Shown here piece after piece: positions 27,528 to 36,682 of a stretch of DNA of 45,052 nucleotides; position 1 is the first letter of the stretch, and the number at the start of each line of letters is the position of its first letter. The stretch covers positions 1-45,052 of the forward strand of contig JBIOXB010000154.1 in NCBI GenBank assembly GCA_044869275.1. Direction: 5' to 3'. The stretch is from a bacterium (GTDB lineage: Bacteria > Zhuqueibacterota > Zhuqueibacteria > Zhuqueibacterales > Zhuqueibacteraceae). The notes under the pieces are model-generated. The model worked only from the letters and a program-made list of their open reading frames with translations. It searched no databases and was not told the origin of the DNA. The position numbers and the translations under genes are program-made.

Positions 27528-29928
27528 GGGTAAAATCATTGTTTGGAAAGAAGAAAAAGGCTACGGCTTCATTCAGCCTGAAGGCACGGAAGCGCGCGAA
27601 GATCAGTTGTTTTGTCATATCAGTGATGCGACCGAGGTTCCTCAAGATAGATTGCGTGCCGGAACAGCTGTGGAATATACTCTTGGCATTGGAAAGCAGG
27701 GTAAGCCAGCGGCCAAGAGCGTTCGCTTATTCGGCACGTCGGGCTCTGTAACAGCAATGGAAAACCCGAAAACTGAATCAAAAAAGAACCGGTCTGATGA
27801 GTTATCGAGTCCCTACAGTTTTCTGAACCCTTATAACTTCGTTCGTTTTCTTACCCCTGTTGACTCTGCAAAGGGGCTCGCTAAAGCAACTGGCACAATG
27901 GCAGAAAAACTCTTGTCTCTCGGCTTGAAAGACATGCCGGAACAAGAGATGCCAATGGCGGCAAAAAAACTACTTGGCAATTGCATACCTCCGCCACATG
28001 ACCGATATATTGGAATTACGGGGAGGATTGTTTGCTCATTGGAAGCAGCCACTCCATTGTTCGTATCAGACTCTGAAAACGTCGAACCACGCGAAGAGCA
28101 CAAAAGCTTTGAGTTTTTCAAGATGAACGGCGAATACGCCCTGCCAGGATCGAGTTTGCGCGGCATGGTAAGAAGCGTGTTTGAGGCAGCGACAAATTCC
28201 TGTATGTCAAAATTAAGCGCCGCCCGATTAAGTTACCATTTGCCTCCAGTGGATGCTTTGCAGCTCGTGCCGGCGCAAGTTGAACATAGAAACGGCAACT
28301 GGAATCTGCGGTTGCTAACGGGCACAACATCCCTAAATGTTGGGCGTCGACCAAACGGGCCTCAATATGCTGCTTGGGTTCCTCGCTACCTGAGTGCTAT
28401 GCTGCAAAGAAGCCGGAACATTCCAGGTTCTCCTCTCTATGGAACGCGAAAAGACGTTACGCTTGGTGGCAAGGGCCACAAGACGAAATGTTGGGCCCTT
28501 CTCAAGTTGATCAAACATCCTCGAAATAAATTCGATTTTTGGAATGTGGAACAGATTGCCGACACGCAACCACAACTTCGATCTCCACAATCAGGTGAAC
28601 TTCAGGCAGAGGGTTTCCTCTGTATCACGAACCAAAACATTGAGAACAAGCATGATGAGCGTTTCTTTTTCCAAGGTTCGGGCTTGCCGCGTGCAGCAAC
28701 TGTTTCATTAGAGGAACGAGTCATTGATGACTATTGCGTTCTGATTCGTGACTATCAACAACGCCATCGTGAGCACGTCGAAAGACGCCGCAATCATGGC
28801 AAAGATCCGGAGAAACCAGATGGCAAGGAGCCTGGCTTCAGCCGGTTTATTGTGCATGAACACGAAACAGAGTTAAGTGACGGCGACTTGGTTTACGTCA
28901 TGTTGAAAGACATGAATCAAGTTGAATTTATCGTACCAGTCTCGATTCCACGGGTGGCTTATAAAAGCCGTATCAAAGACCTGCTGCCCGATGAAAACCT
29001 CGCTACTTGCAACGACCAAGAAAACCTGTGTCTTTGTCCGGCCTGCCGTGTTTTTGGCTGGGTTTATCAAGCCGAAGACGGCGAGGTGATCGACTCAAAG
29101 AAACGGGTGGCTTATGCTGGACGCGTAAGATTTTCGCATGCTACCTTGCTGCAAGGCTCCGGGACCTTGCCAGCAACGCCATTGGCAATTTTATCCTCAC
29201 CAAAACCAACGACGATACGGTTCTATCTTAAATCCAAAGACGGAAACATTCCTGAAAAATGGACAGGTGAAAGTGTAAATCAAGGCTATGATGGTGACAA
29301 TTTTTTACGCGGCAGAAAATTTTATCGCCACCATCAGAAAGTGAGTGAAGGGTCCTATTATCGTGCCGGAGGGCGCTGCGATGACCAGAATCGTACGGTT
29401 CGAGACGCCCTTATGCCCGGTGCTCGTTTCACGTTTACTGTGTGCTTCGAGAATCTTGCCTCCCTTGAATTGGGCGCCTTACTTTGGGCGTTGGAAATGG
29501 ACAATAAATGCTTTCACCGGCTGGGTTATGCCAAACCGCTTGGTTTCGGAAGTGTGAAAGTCAAGATCGACGAACTCGCCGTGCTTTCACCTGAGATACG
29601 ATATTCATCTCTGGATAATTCCGGATGGAAGCCGGTTAGAAATTGGCAGACGGAGTATGTGGAACAGTTCCAGACCATGCTCGCGAGATACCATAAATCC
29701 AGCGATTTTGAGTCTTTGCCGAACATCCAAGATATACGTGCAGTCTTGGGAGAATCCACACGAGATTTGCCGATCCATTATCCGCGTACGGATCGGCTGC
29801 CCGATCCGGAAGGCAAGAACTTTGAATGGTTCATGGGAAACAATCGATATCTGGGATACGCCCTGGGCCCTGCTGCTGACGATAAAGGCTTACCACTGGT
29901 TGCTCGTGATGGGACTGAAATTCCATGA
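27520..29928 (+). CDS. Cas7-with-insertion RAMP (TIGR03986-like) with N-terminal cold-shock domain, paralog A
   Basis: CSD GKIIVWKEEKGYGFI...LFCHIS; FLNPYNFVR, PPPHDR, PGSSLRGMVRSVFEA, CPACRVFG, GRVRFS, LSSPKPTT.RFYL, RGRKFYRH, LG.AKPLGFGSV. Confidence 0.88.
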   Translation: MPKGKIIVWKEEKGYGFIQPEGTEAREDQLFCHISDATEVPQDRLRAGTAVEYTLGIGKQGKPAAKSVRLFGTSGSVTAMENPKTESKKNRSDELSSPYSFLNPYNFVRFLTPVDSAKGLAKATGTMAEKLLSLGLKDMPEQEMPMAAKKLLGNCIPPPHDRYIGITGRIVCSLEAATPLFVSDSENVEPREEHKSFEFFKMNGEYALPGSSLRGMVRSVFEAATNSCMSKLSAARLSYHLPPVDALQLVPAQVEHRNGNWNLRLLTGTTSLNVGRRPNGPQYAAWVPRYLSAMLQRSRNIPGSPLYGTRKDVTLGGKGHKTKCWALLKLIKHPRNKFDFWNVEQIADTQPQLRSPQSGELQAEGFLCITNQNIENKHDERFFFQGSGLPRAATVSLEERVIDDYCVLIRDYQQRHREHVERRRNHGKDPEKPDGKEPGFSRFIVHEHETELSDGDLVYVMLKDMNQVEFIVPVSIPRVAYKSRIKDLLPDENLATCNDQENLCLCPACRVFGWVYQAEDGEVIDSKKRVAYAGRVRFSHATLLQGSGTLPATPLAILSSPKPTTIRFYLKSKDGNIPEKWTGESVNQGYDGDNFLRGRKFYRHHQKVSEGSYYRAGGRCDDQNRTVRDALMPGARFTFTVCFENLASLELGALLWALEMDNKCFHRLGYAKPLGFGSVKVKIDELAVLSPEIRYSSLDNSGWKPVRNWQTEYVEQFQTMLARYHKSSDFESLPNIQDIRAVLGESTRDLPIHYPRTDRLPDPEGKNFEWFMGNNRYLGYALGPAADDKGLPLVARDGTEIP

Positions 29929-29971
29929 TTCCTGCTGACAAGACTGAAAAACGGAGACGCGGGACAGGTAT

Positions 29972-30934
29972 ATGGCAGCATTGGATGAACTTGTTGATTC
30001 CACGGAAATCATCGGGAAAATTGAACAACGCGCCAGAGCGTTGCTTCCCAATTTATTGACCGAGCAAGATAAAGCCGAACATCGTTGGCAGGATGCCGTG
30101 CGGGAGCGGCTTGAGGTCGAAGTCGAAGCGTCAGAACAAAAACGGCTGCTTGAAGAACAGAGTATTCCAACTCGAGATGTCACTTCGATTCTGATTGAAA
30201 GTGAACGAAGAATTGAATTTTACCAAGATTTGCTTCTGGGATATCAAGGCAAAGTACAGGCCTTAGAACGCAAATTTACGAAAACTGAGGAAACGGCATT
30301 CATCTGGGCGCGAGAGCTACGTCGCCGGTCAGTTATCGCATACTGCACGGCATTCGAAAATTTTCTGCGGGACTTTTTGATTGAGCAGATCGTTTTTCAA
30401 CCTGCAAGGTTGGAAAGACATTTACAGAAGAAATCGAGAATCTCGCTGAAGTTGGAAAATTCGATTAATGTCATCGAAATTGACGACTGCATCTCAGTGG
30501 AGTGCCAAGCCTTCCCAAATCTCAGAGATGATGGCCAAGTTCAAAGACTTTACCATTCAATCTTGGGAAAGAAACCGTTTGCCAGGTTTTATTGGCCCAA
30601 TCGGTGGTTCACAAGCAAAAATGAACTCGTAGATGGCTACACCGATGTTCAAATACTTTTTGCCTTGCGCCATGAATTTGTCCATCGAAAGGGTTTGGCA
30701 GGTCGTCAATACCAATTGCAAATGTCAGGCGACGAAAAAAGAAAAGGTATCTCTTATCAGAATCGTATTGATCCTGTATTAATTTCGTGGTATCCTAAAT
30801 CGGTGCCGCCCAACCCTGATGAGGTTTTAGATTCAAGGCCGATTTCAGTAGATTATCGAAACAAACTTGATGAGATGGCTAATTCGCTATTACAATACGC
30901 AAAATACATTCAGGAAGTATGTGCGATAAATTAA
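29972..30934 (+). CDS. Coiled-coil plus HEPN-like protein (putative RNase, no CARF/SAVED sensor)
   Basis: E/R/Q-rich helical N-terminal third; HEPN-like VIAYCTAFENFLRDFL and RxxxxH motif LRHEFVHRKG. Confidence 0.6.
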   Translation: MAALDELVDSTEIIGKIEQRARALLPNLLTEQDKAEHRWQDAVRERLEVEVEASEQKRLLEEQSIPTRDVTSILIESERRIEFYQDLLLGYQGKVQALERKFTKTEETAFIWARELRRRSVIAYCTAFENFLRDFLIEQIVFQPARLERHLQKKSRISLKLENSINVIEIDDCISVECQAFPNLRDDGQVQRLYHSILGKKPFARFYWPNRWFTSKNELVDGYTDVQILFALRHEFVHRKGLAGRQYQLQMSGDEKRKGISYQNRIDPVLISWYPKSVPPNPDEVLDSRPISVDYRNKLDEMANSLLQYAKYIQEVCAIN

Positions 30935-30949
30935 ATTCAGGAGCCACTC

Positions 30950-33451
30950 ATGCCCACCGGCAAAATCAAATTCATCAACCTCGAAAAAAAGTTCGGATTC
31001 ATTGCCACCGAAGATGGCGGTGAACTGCATTTCAAACTTCAGGTCGTGCGCAAGCCCACACGCTGGGAAGATTTGCAACAAGGAATCGAGGTTGAATTCG
31101 AGGTGACGCAAGGTGACAAAGGACCGACCGCTAGCTGGGTTGCTCGTGCAGGAGTCGAGGCAAAATCCACAAAGCCGTCTGCGCAGAAGCAAGTTCAAAC
31201 TGGCTCCACCGTCGCGCCGTCAACAAATAACCACCGCTTCCTCAACCCCTACAACTTCGTGCGTTATTTGCAGCCGCGTGCTTTGGAGCCGCAAGATACT
31301 CCTGAAGTGCAGCTTCTCGGCCATTGCCCGCCACCGCCGCACGACCGCTGGGTGGGATTGAGCGGCATCATTCATTGCAAAGCTGTTGCCGAGACACCTG
31401 TGTTTGTCGCAGACGCCGAGAACGTGACGCAGGACAAGGACGAACCAAAACACAAGCACTATCACTTCTTCAAATATAGCGGCGAGGAGGCCATCCCGGC
31501 CACCAGTTTACGCGGGCCAATTCGCAATGTATTTGAAGCGGCAACGAACTCCTGCTTCTCAAACCTGACAGACAAGCGCCTGAGCTATCATCTGGAGGCC
31601 ACTGATGCACCCAAATTGGTGCCGGCGCGTGTGGATTATGACGAACAGAACGACAGATGGCGGCTCCAGTTGTTCACCGGCACTACGCCGCTGCGTTCCG
31701 GGGAACAGGTTTCAGAACCGCAGTATGCTGCGTGGATTCATCGCTATTGGCCTCTTGAACCCAGCAATACGTTAGAGCCCGATCCCACGAAGGTTCCAAG
31801 ATATCCCATGAAGGATGATTTACGTGAGCGTACATTGGCATTTCGCAACAGCAGAGCCAAAGGCGCGGAAAGGGAAGGTGACGGGCTTAAGCACGGCAAA
31901 GAGTGCTTTGCGCTGCTGCAGAAGTCTGACCACCCTCATCCCAGAATTAAGTTCTGGGACGTAGTCGAAATCGGCAATGACGAGAACGCACTGAGAAAAA
32001 AGATTCGTGATCCTCGCTTGCAACGCGTTGAAAAGGGCTGGCTGTGCCTCAACAACCAGAACATCGAGTCCAAACACAGCGAACGCTTCTTCTTCCGCGC
32101 CAAAGACAACCACAACGGCCCGAGCGAAATCGAGTTACCAGATAAAGTCCGACAAGACTATGAGGCATTGATTCATGACTATCAGGAACGGCATGCCAAG
32201 GAAGTGGATGAACGTCGGGAAGAGCGCGGGCCGGGGCATGATCATGAGCCTTGGCCAGGAAAGAAAAAAATGGAAGCAGCCCCGAGCCGTTTCGTTTACC
32301 GGATTGAGGAGAAAACCCTGCAGGGCGGTGAGCTGGTCTATGTCCGCCTCACTGGTTCTGCTCAAGCGCCGGAGGTCAAGTTCATCGTGCCGGTCTCTGT
32401 GCCACGGGTGATGTATGAACATAGCATAGCACAACGGCTACCGCATGAACGATTGAAGCGTTGCACAAACCCCGAAGCCCTTTGTCCCGCCTGCCGCACT
32501 TTCGGCTGGGTACGCGGCGAGACCGGGCAAGAGGGCGCTTATGCCGGTCGTGTACGCTTTTCGCATGCAGTCGCGACAAAGCCAAATAAAGTGAAGAACG
32601 AAATTTTACTTTCAATTCTGTCTTCACCGAAACCCACAACCACTCGCTTCTATCTCGTTCACAAAAGTTGGCAAAGCAAGAACCGCAGTGCAAAGGAAGC
32701 GGGCTATGACAATCCTGACAACGTATTGCGCGGCCGCAAATTCTATCGCCATTTCGGCGCGAAGCTCGATTTAAAAGAATACACACGCGCAACCGATGCC
32801 GAACATAACGGCAAGGACGATCAAAACCGTACTCTGCACGGCACGCTCGACAAAGGTTCCGAATTCGCCTTCACCGTGCGCTTCGAAAATCTTGCGCCCG
32901 TCGAGCTTGGCGCTTTGCTGTGGTCATTGGAAATGGACACCCGTGGCATTCAACGATTAGGCCTTGCGAAACCACTGGGCTTTGGCAGTGTACGCATTCA
33001 GATCGATGATAGCCAGGGTGCCGGATTACAGTTGCTCGATTCAAAAGCTCACTATGCCGCAGATACGTGGTTGCTACCGCCATATCAGAGAGAACTGGCC
33101 GAAGGACGCCGACGATATTTGCGGGCATTCAAACGTGCAATGGTTGAACGGTTTGCATGGAATCGCGCTCAAAGTATTCATGAAGAAAATGACAGTGCTT
33201 GGGAGTCCGCGTTCGAAGCACTCGACAACATCGCTGACTTGCGCGCCTTGCTAAATGCTCCGCCGGCCGATCTCGCCATTCACTATCCTCGTTTGGATTC
33301 AAAACCCTTGCCGGATGGTGAAAATTTCAAATGGTTTATGGCGAACAACCGAGAAGCGGGACGCAAACAGGGACTCTTACTTGAGCTGGAAGTGCCTGTG
33401 GAAGAAGTGAAGAGTCGCAAAGGTCTGCAACTAAATCCTGCAAAATTCTAG
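30950..33451 (+). CDS. Cas7-with-insertion RAMP (TIGR03986-like) with N-terminal cold-shock domain, paralog B
   Basis: CSD GKIKFINLEKKFGFI...VEFEVTQGDKGPTA; same motif series as paralog A (FLNPYNFVR, PPPHDR, CPACRTFG, SPKPTTTRFYL, RGRKFYRH, KPLGFGSV). Confidence 0.88.
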   Translation: MPTGKIKFINLEKKFGFIATEDGGELHFKLQVVRKPTRWEDLQQGIEVEFEVTQGDKGPTASWVARAGVEAKSTKPSAQKQVQTGSTVAPSTNNHRFLNPYNFVRYLQPRALEPQDTPEVQLLGHCPPPPHDRWVGLSGIIHCKAVAETPVFVADAENVTQDKDEPKHKHYHFFKYSGEEAIPATSLRGPIRNVFEAATNSCFSNLTDKRLSYHLEATDAPKLVPARVDYDEQNDRWRLQLFTGTTPLRSGEQVSEPQYAAWIHRYWPLEPSNTLEPDPTKVPRYPMKDDLRERTLAFRNSRAKGAEREGDGLKHGKECFALLQKSDHPHPRIKFWDVVEIGNDENALRKKIRDPRLQRVEKGWLCLNNQNIESKHSERFFFRAKDNHNGPSEIELPDKVRQDYEALIHDYQERHAKEVDERREERGPGHDHEPWPGKKKMEAAPSRFVYRIEEKTLQGGELVYVRLTGSAQAPEVKFIVPVSVPRVMYEHSIAQRLPHERLKRCTNPEALCPACRTFGWVRGETGQEGAYAGRVRFSHAVATKPNKVKNEILLSILSSPKPTTTRFYLVHKSWQSKNRSAKEAGYDNPDNVLRGRKFYRHFGAKLDLKEYTRATDAEHNGKDDQNRTLHGTLDKGSEFAFTVRFENLAPVELGALLWSLEMDTRGIQRLGLAKPLGFGSVRIQIDDSQGAGLQLLDSKAHYAADTWLLPPYQRELAEGRRRYLRAFKRAMVERFAWNRAQSIHEENDSAWESAFEALDNIADLRALLNAPPADLAIHYPRLDSKPLPDGENFKWFMANNREAGRKQGLLLELEVPVEEVKSRKGLQLNPAKF

Positions 33452-33480
33452 ACACTCAATGCATGACTAAGGAATTCTCC

Positions 33481-34083
33481 ATGAATCTCCTCCCCCTCGC
33501 CAAAGACGCCCTCGCCGCCCTGCAGCAAGCCGATCCGGCATTATCAGCATTGGTCAATGCCGGTACGATTCTGAACGCCGTCGGCAAAGCCGCCGTCACC
33601 GTCGTCAAGAAAGGCGCACAGCTCATTACTTATCTGATCACGCGGCGCGAGGATGAGCAACCAGCACCCGGCGAACCGCTCACCATCACCCGGCCACACG
33701 TCGCCATTCTCGTGGATATCAACCGCCGCATGCTGCAAGATGTCGCGCGCTATCTCGATGAGCAAAACCTCGACGCCGACATGCTCGTGGTCACCAATGA
33801 CCCGGCTTACGGCGACAAGGTGAAGTTTCTCGATCCCAATAAACCCGAGGAATGGTCCGAGTTGGTGCAGGAATTCACCGCAACGATGAATGCGATCAAA
33901 CATCAGCTTGGCGGCGCGCAGGTGCATATTTTTCTTTCCACGCCCCTGCCGCTGGCGTTCGGACTCGGCGCGGTGTGGGGGACGGTGGATTTGGCTATAG
34001 TCTATCATTATCAGGAAATCAAAACGGAAAACCGCTCAACTTACTATCCTGCGATGAAGATTTCGCGCAGGCTACGGCAGTGA
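33481..34083 (+). CDS. Small SAVED-domain protein (C-terminal lobe only) with N-terminal amphipathic/hydrophobic helices
   Basis: VAILVDI...VHIFLSTPLPLAFGLG...IVYHY...YYPAMKI matches the SAVED C-terminal lobe; likely start ATG 33481 after AAGGA. Confidence 0.7.
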   Translation: MNLLPLAKDALAALQQADPALSALVNAGTILNAVGKAAVTVVKKGAQLITYLITRREDEQPAPGEPLTITRPHVAILVDINRRMLQDVARYLDEQNLDADMLVVTNDPAYGDKVKFLDPNKPEEWSELVQEFTATMNAIKHQLGGAQVHIFLSTPLPLAFGLGAVWGTVDLAIVYHYQEIKTENRSTYYPAMKISRRLRQ

Positions 34084-34099
34084 AAATGGGGGAAAGGCG

Positions 34100-34237
34100 G
34101 GCTGGTCGTTGGTTGGTGGTCGGTGGTCAGTGGTCAATGGTCAGTGGTCGGTAGGCGCGGGGCAATAGATGGGATGCGCACAACCGACAACTGACAACTG
34201 ACAACCGACAATCGACAACTGACAACCAACAACCAGC
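34100..34237. repeat. Inverted heptamer-repeat array
   Basis: (GTGGTCA/G)n arm followed by complementary (ACTGACA/ACCGACA)n arm. Confidence 0.85.
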
Positions 34238-34268
34238 CCGACTTCCCGGAAATCAAGGAGGAAATACC

Positions 34269-34895
34269 ATGCATTCAGACTACACTCCCGCCGAGCTCAA
34301 GCTGTGGATCACGAAACTCAATGATCCGAAGACCTCCACAGATGAGCTGCAAAAAATCGCCATGACCCTGGCGCATGTCGATCATCCCGAAGCGCTGCAG
34401 GCGTTGGAGCAATTTCGAGAATCCGAAAGAGCAAAGGAAGTGGACTGGATCGATTGCGCCATCGAGGAATGCACCTTTGGCGTGCTCTCGCCCAGAAACG
34501 AACGCGAGCAGAAAGACTATATTCGTGTCGAGCTGTGGCAGGAGTACGAAGCGGAACTGTTCGACAAAATGGCTCAACGCGACGCAGCGGAAGTCCACAA
34601 ACAACAACTCGAAATCGAGAAGGAGTTTCTCGAAAAGGCCATGGCCGCGGCGCCCAATGAAGGCATCCGCTTGCGAGTCATGATGTACCATAGTGGTATC
34701 GACCATCTCATCCTCATGGCCGAGAACGACCGCATGAATCTCGATGACGAAATCGCCGGCCTGGAGTTCATCGTCGAACAAATCGAGAAAGCCGTCGAGT
34801 CGCCGCTGTACCGCAAACAGGGTAAAGGTGAGATCGGCGTGCATATCCATCGCGATTGCGAGGAGTGGTTGAAGAAGCGGAGGAGGGGAATATAA
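34269..34895 (+). CDS. Hypothetical helical protein (HEAT-like N-terminus, coiled coil)
   Basis: Strong SD AAGGAGG; 208-aa acidic helical ORF; LQKIAMTLAHVDHPEALQALEQF is HEAT-like; function unknown. Confidence 0.7.
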   Translation: MHSDYTPAELKLWITKLNDPKTSTDELQKIAMTLAHVDHPEALQALEQFRESERAKEVDWIDCAIEECTFGVLSPRNEREQKDYIRVELWQEYEAELFDKMAQRDAAEVHKQQLEIEKEFLEKAMAAAPNEGIRLRVMMYHSGIDHLILMAENDRMNLDDEIAGLEFIVEQIEKAVESPLYRKQGKGEIGVHIHRDCEEWLKKRRRGI

Positions 34896-34896
34896 T

Positions 34897-35279
34897 TGGT
34901 CGATAGTCGTTGGTCGATAGTCGATAGTCGTTGGTCGATAGTCGATAGTCGGTGGTCGTTGGGCGGTACGACCAACAACAAACGACCACCGACCAAAAGC
35001 CAACAACCAAAAACAAAAAGGGGGAAAGCCATAAATAGGAGCAATCCACAAAGCCATCGCGATTTGAAAATATGGAAACTGGCACACGAACTGGCGGTGA
35101 GTGTGCATAAAATGACACTGGTACAATTGCCCAAGTTTGAAATGTACGAAGAGGGCAGCCAAATCCGCCGGAACTCCAAAGACCAGATCGGCCCATAACT
35201 CCCCAATGACGACACCGATACCGACGAATAACTTACGATCACTGACCAACGACCAACAACCAACAACCAACGACCAACC
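34897..35279. repeat. Heptamer-repeat arrays enclosing a four-helix-bundle gene remnant
   Basis: (GATAGTC/GTTGGTC)n at 34897-34961; (CGACCAA/CAACCAA)n at 34969-35015 and 35240-35279. Confidence 0.85.
35031..35198 (+). pseudogene. Truncated four-helix-bundle protein (23S rRNA intervening-sequence protein family)
   Basis: [43 protein letters not shown] matches the family N-terminal half; ATA instead of ATG after GGGGA; stops before the NIxEG motif. Confidence 0.75.
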
Positions 35280-36122
35280 ATGTCCAACCTCGCCTCCATC
35301 GTCTTCACCCTGACCGCCGCGCAAGCCACCTCCATCCCGCGCTACTCCGCGCGCGTGTTGCATGCCTCGTTTCTGCGCTGGCTGGAACGCGATCACGCGG
35401 AATTGGTGGGGCAGCTGCACGACGCCAATCATCCGCGGCCCTACACGCTTTCCAATCTGCAAGGTGAGCTAACACTGCAGGGCGAGCGCATGCGCATGGA
35501 TTCGGGCGCGAAGGTGTGGTTTCGGCTTACCACGCTGGAAGAATCATTTTTGCAGTGTGTGCTGGCTTCAGTCGAGAAACAAAACGCCGGCCCCCAACCC
35601 GATGACCGCCGCCTAGTGCCTGGCCCCGTATTTTGCGAACTCGACCAGCACCCCTGGGCTGCCGTGAGCTCCTTTGCTCAGCTCGCGCAGGCGATCGAGC
35701 GAGAAGGCCGCGCACAGCCTCTGCGGCCGCATGTTACCCTGCGCTTTCATTCACCTACCTGTTTCATCGAAAACAATCAAGCACTGCCTTTGCCCGTGCC
35801 GACTTATGTTTTTGGTTATTTGCTCAACAAGTGGCAAATGGCAAGTCCCTTTGTCCTGCCGTTGGAAGACGTGCAACACTTCGTGCAAAGCATACATGTA
35901 AGCGCTGCTAGAGTTGAAACTGGGCAAGTCGATCTGCAAAAATATCAGCGCACCGGCTTTTTCGGCGAAGCGCGTTTCGCGCTGCATCCGGCACTGCCGG
36001 AAAATTACAAACAAGCCCTGCATGTCTTGGCAAAATTTGCCTTCTTTAGCGGCGTGGGGTCGCATACCACCATGGGCATGGGGCAAGCGGTGCAAGTCGC
36101 AAACGGTAAAGAGCAAGCTTGA
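35280..36122 (+). CDS. cas6: Cas6 crRNA-processing endoribonuclease
   Basis: LHD...RPYTLS; LRFHSPTCF; LP.P..VFG.L..KW; G-rich loop AFFSGVGSHTTMGMG. Confidence 0.93.
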   Translation: MSNLASIVFTLTAAQATSIPRYSARVLHASFLRWLERDHAELVGQLHDANHPRPYTLSNLQGELTLQGERMRMDSGAKVWFRLTTLEESFLQCVLASVEKQNAGPQPDDRRLVPGPVFCELDQHPWAAVSSFAQLAQAIEREGRAQPLRPHVTLRFHSPTCFIENNQALPLPVPTYVFGYLLNKWQMASPFVLPLEDVQHFVQSIHVSAARVETGQVDLQKYQRTGFFGEARFALHPALPENYKQALHVLAKFAFFSGVGSHTTMGMGQAVQVANGKEQA

Positions 36123-36682
36123 AGGGAAAGTTACCTCGCGATTGTCGCTGGTAGTTAGTTGCCTCTTGTCTATCCGCTTTTTATCACCTGTCTTCCCTCC
36201 TTGGAACTTTTTGCCTCCACCTTAGTTTATAAAGTAAACCTCACGAAAGTTTATATTTCTTAAAGAAGAATGGCATTCATTCCTGCTTTCGGCGATACTT
36301 TTTTCTTCTCGACTTTCTTTTACTCAAGTTGTCTGCGCCATCCGAAAACTCACATCTATTCTTCGATTTGATTTCGTTGCAGCGTCTGTCAGAGTAGTAA
36401 GGCAGCTTCGCACCAATCCTGGCCATACCTTTCGCAGTTGCCCTTCTTGATGCGCATGGCCGGAATGGTGTATATGTGTTGGGGGTGCTGAGATGGCACC
36501 TCTCGGGCTCATTTTGCAACAACCAGGCAGGCCGCTAAAAAACTTTGAGACTTAACCCCACGCTGCCTCGCACCGTGCGCGCAGCTCGGCCTCTCACACA
36601 AGCGCCATCTAAGCGAGGAAGGAAGTGCTTGTGTGTTGCCTGTCATCACCTGTTGCAAAATGAAGCTCAGGAGATCCCACTC

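Noticed and set aside
27520..33451. Type III-E (gRAMP/Cas7-11) assignment
   Set aside because: Cas10, Csx19 and separate RAMP genes are present and there is no single large Cas7-11 polypeptide, so the locus is III-D
34275..35462. Long minus-strand ORFs and low-complexity N-terminal extensions (e.g. 34896, 41520, 42051, 42684)
   Set aside because: Arise from heptamer repeats or are antisense shadows of real genes
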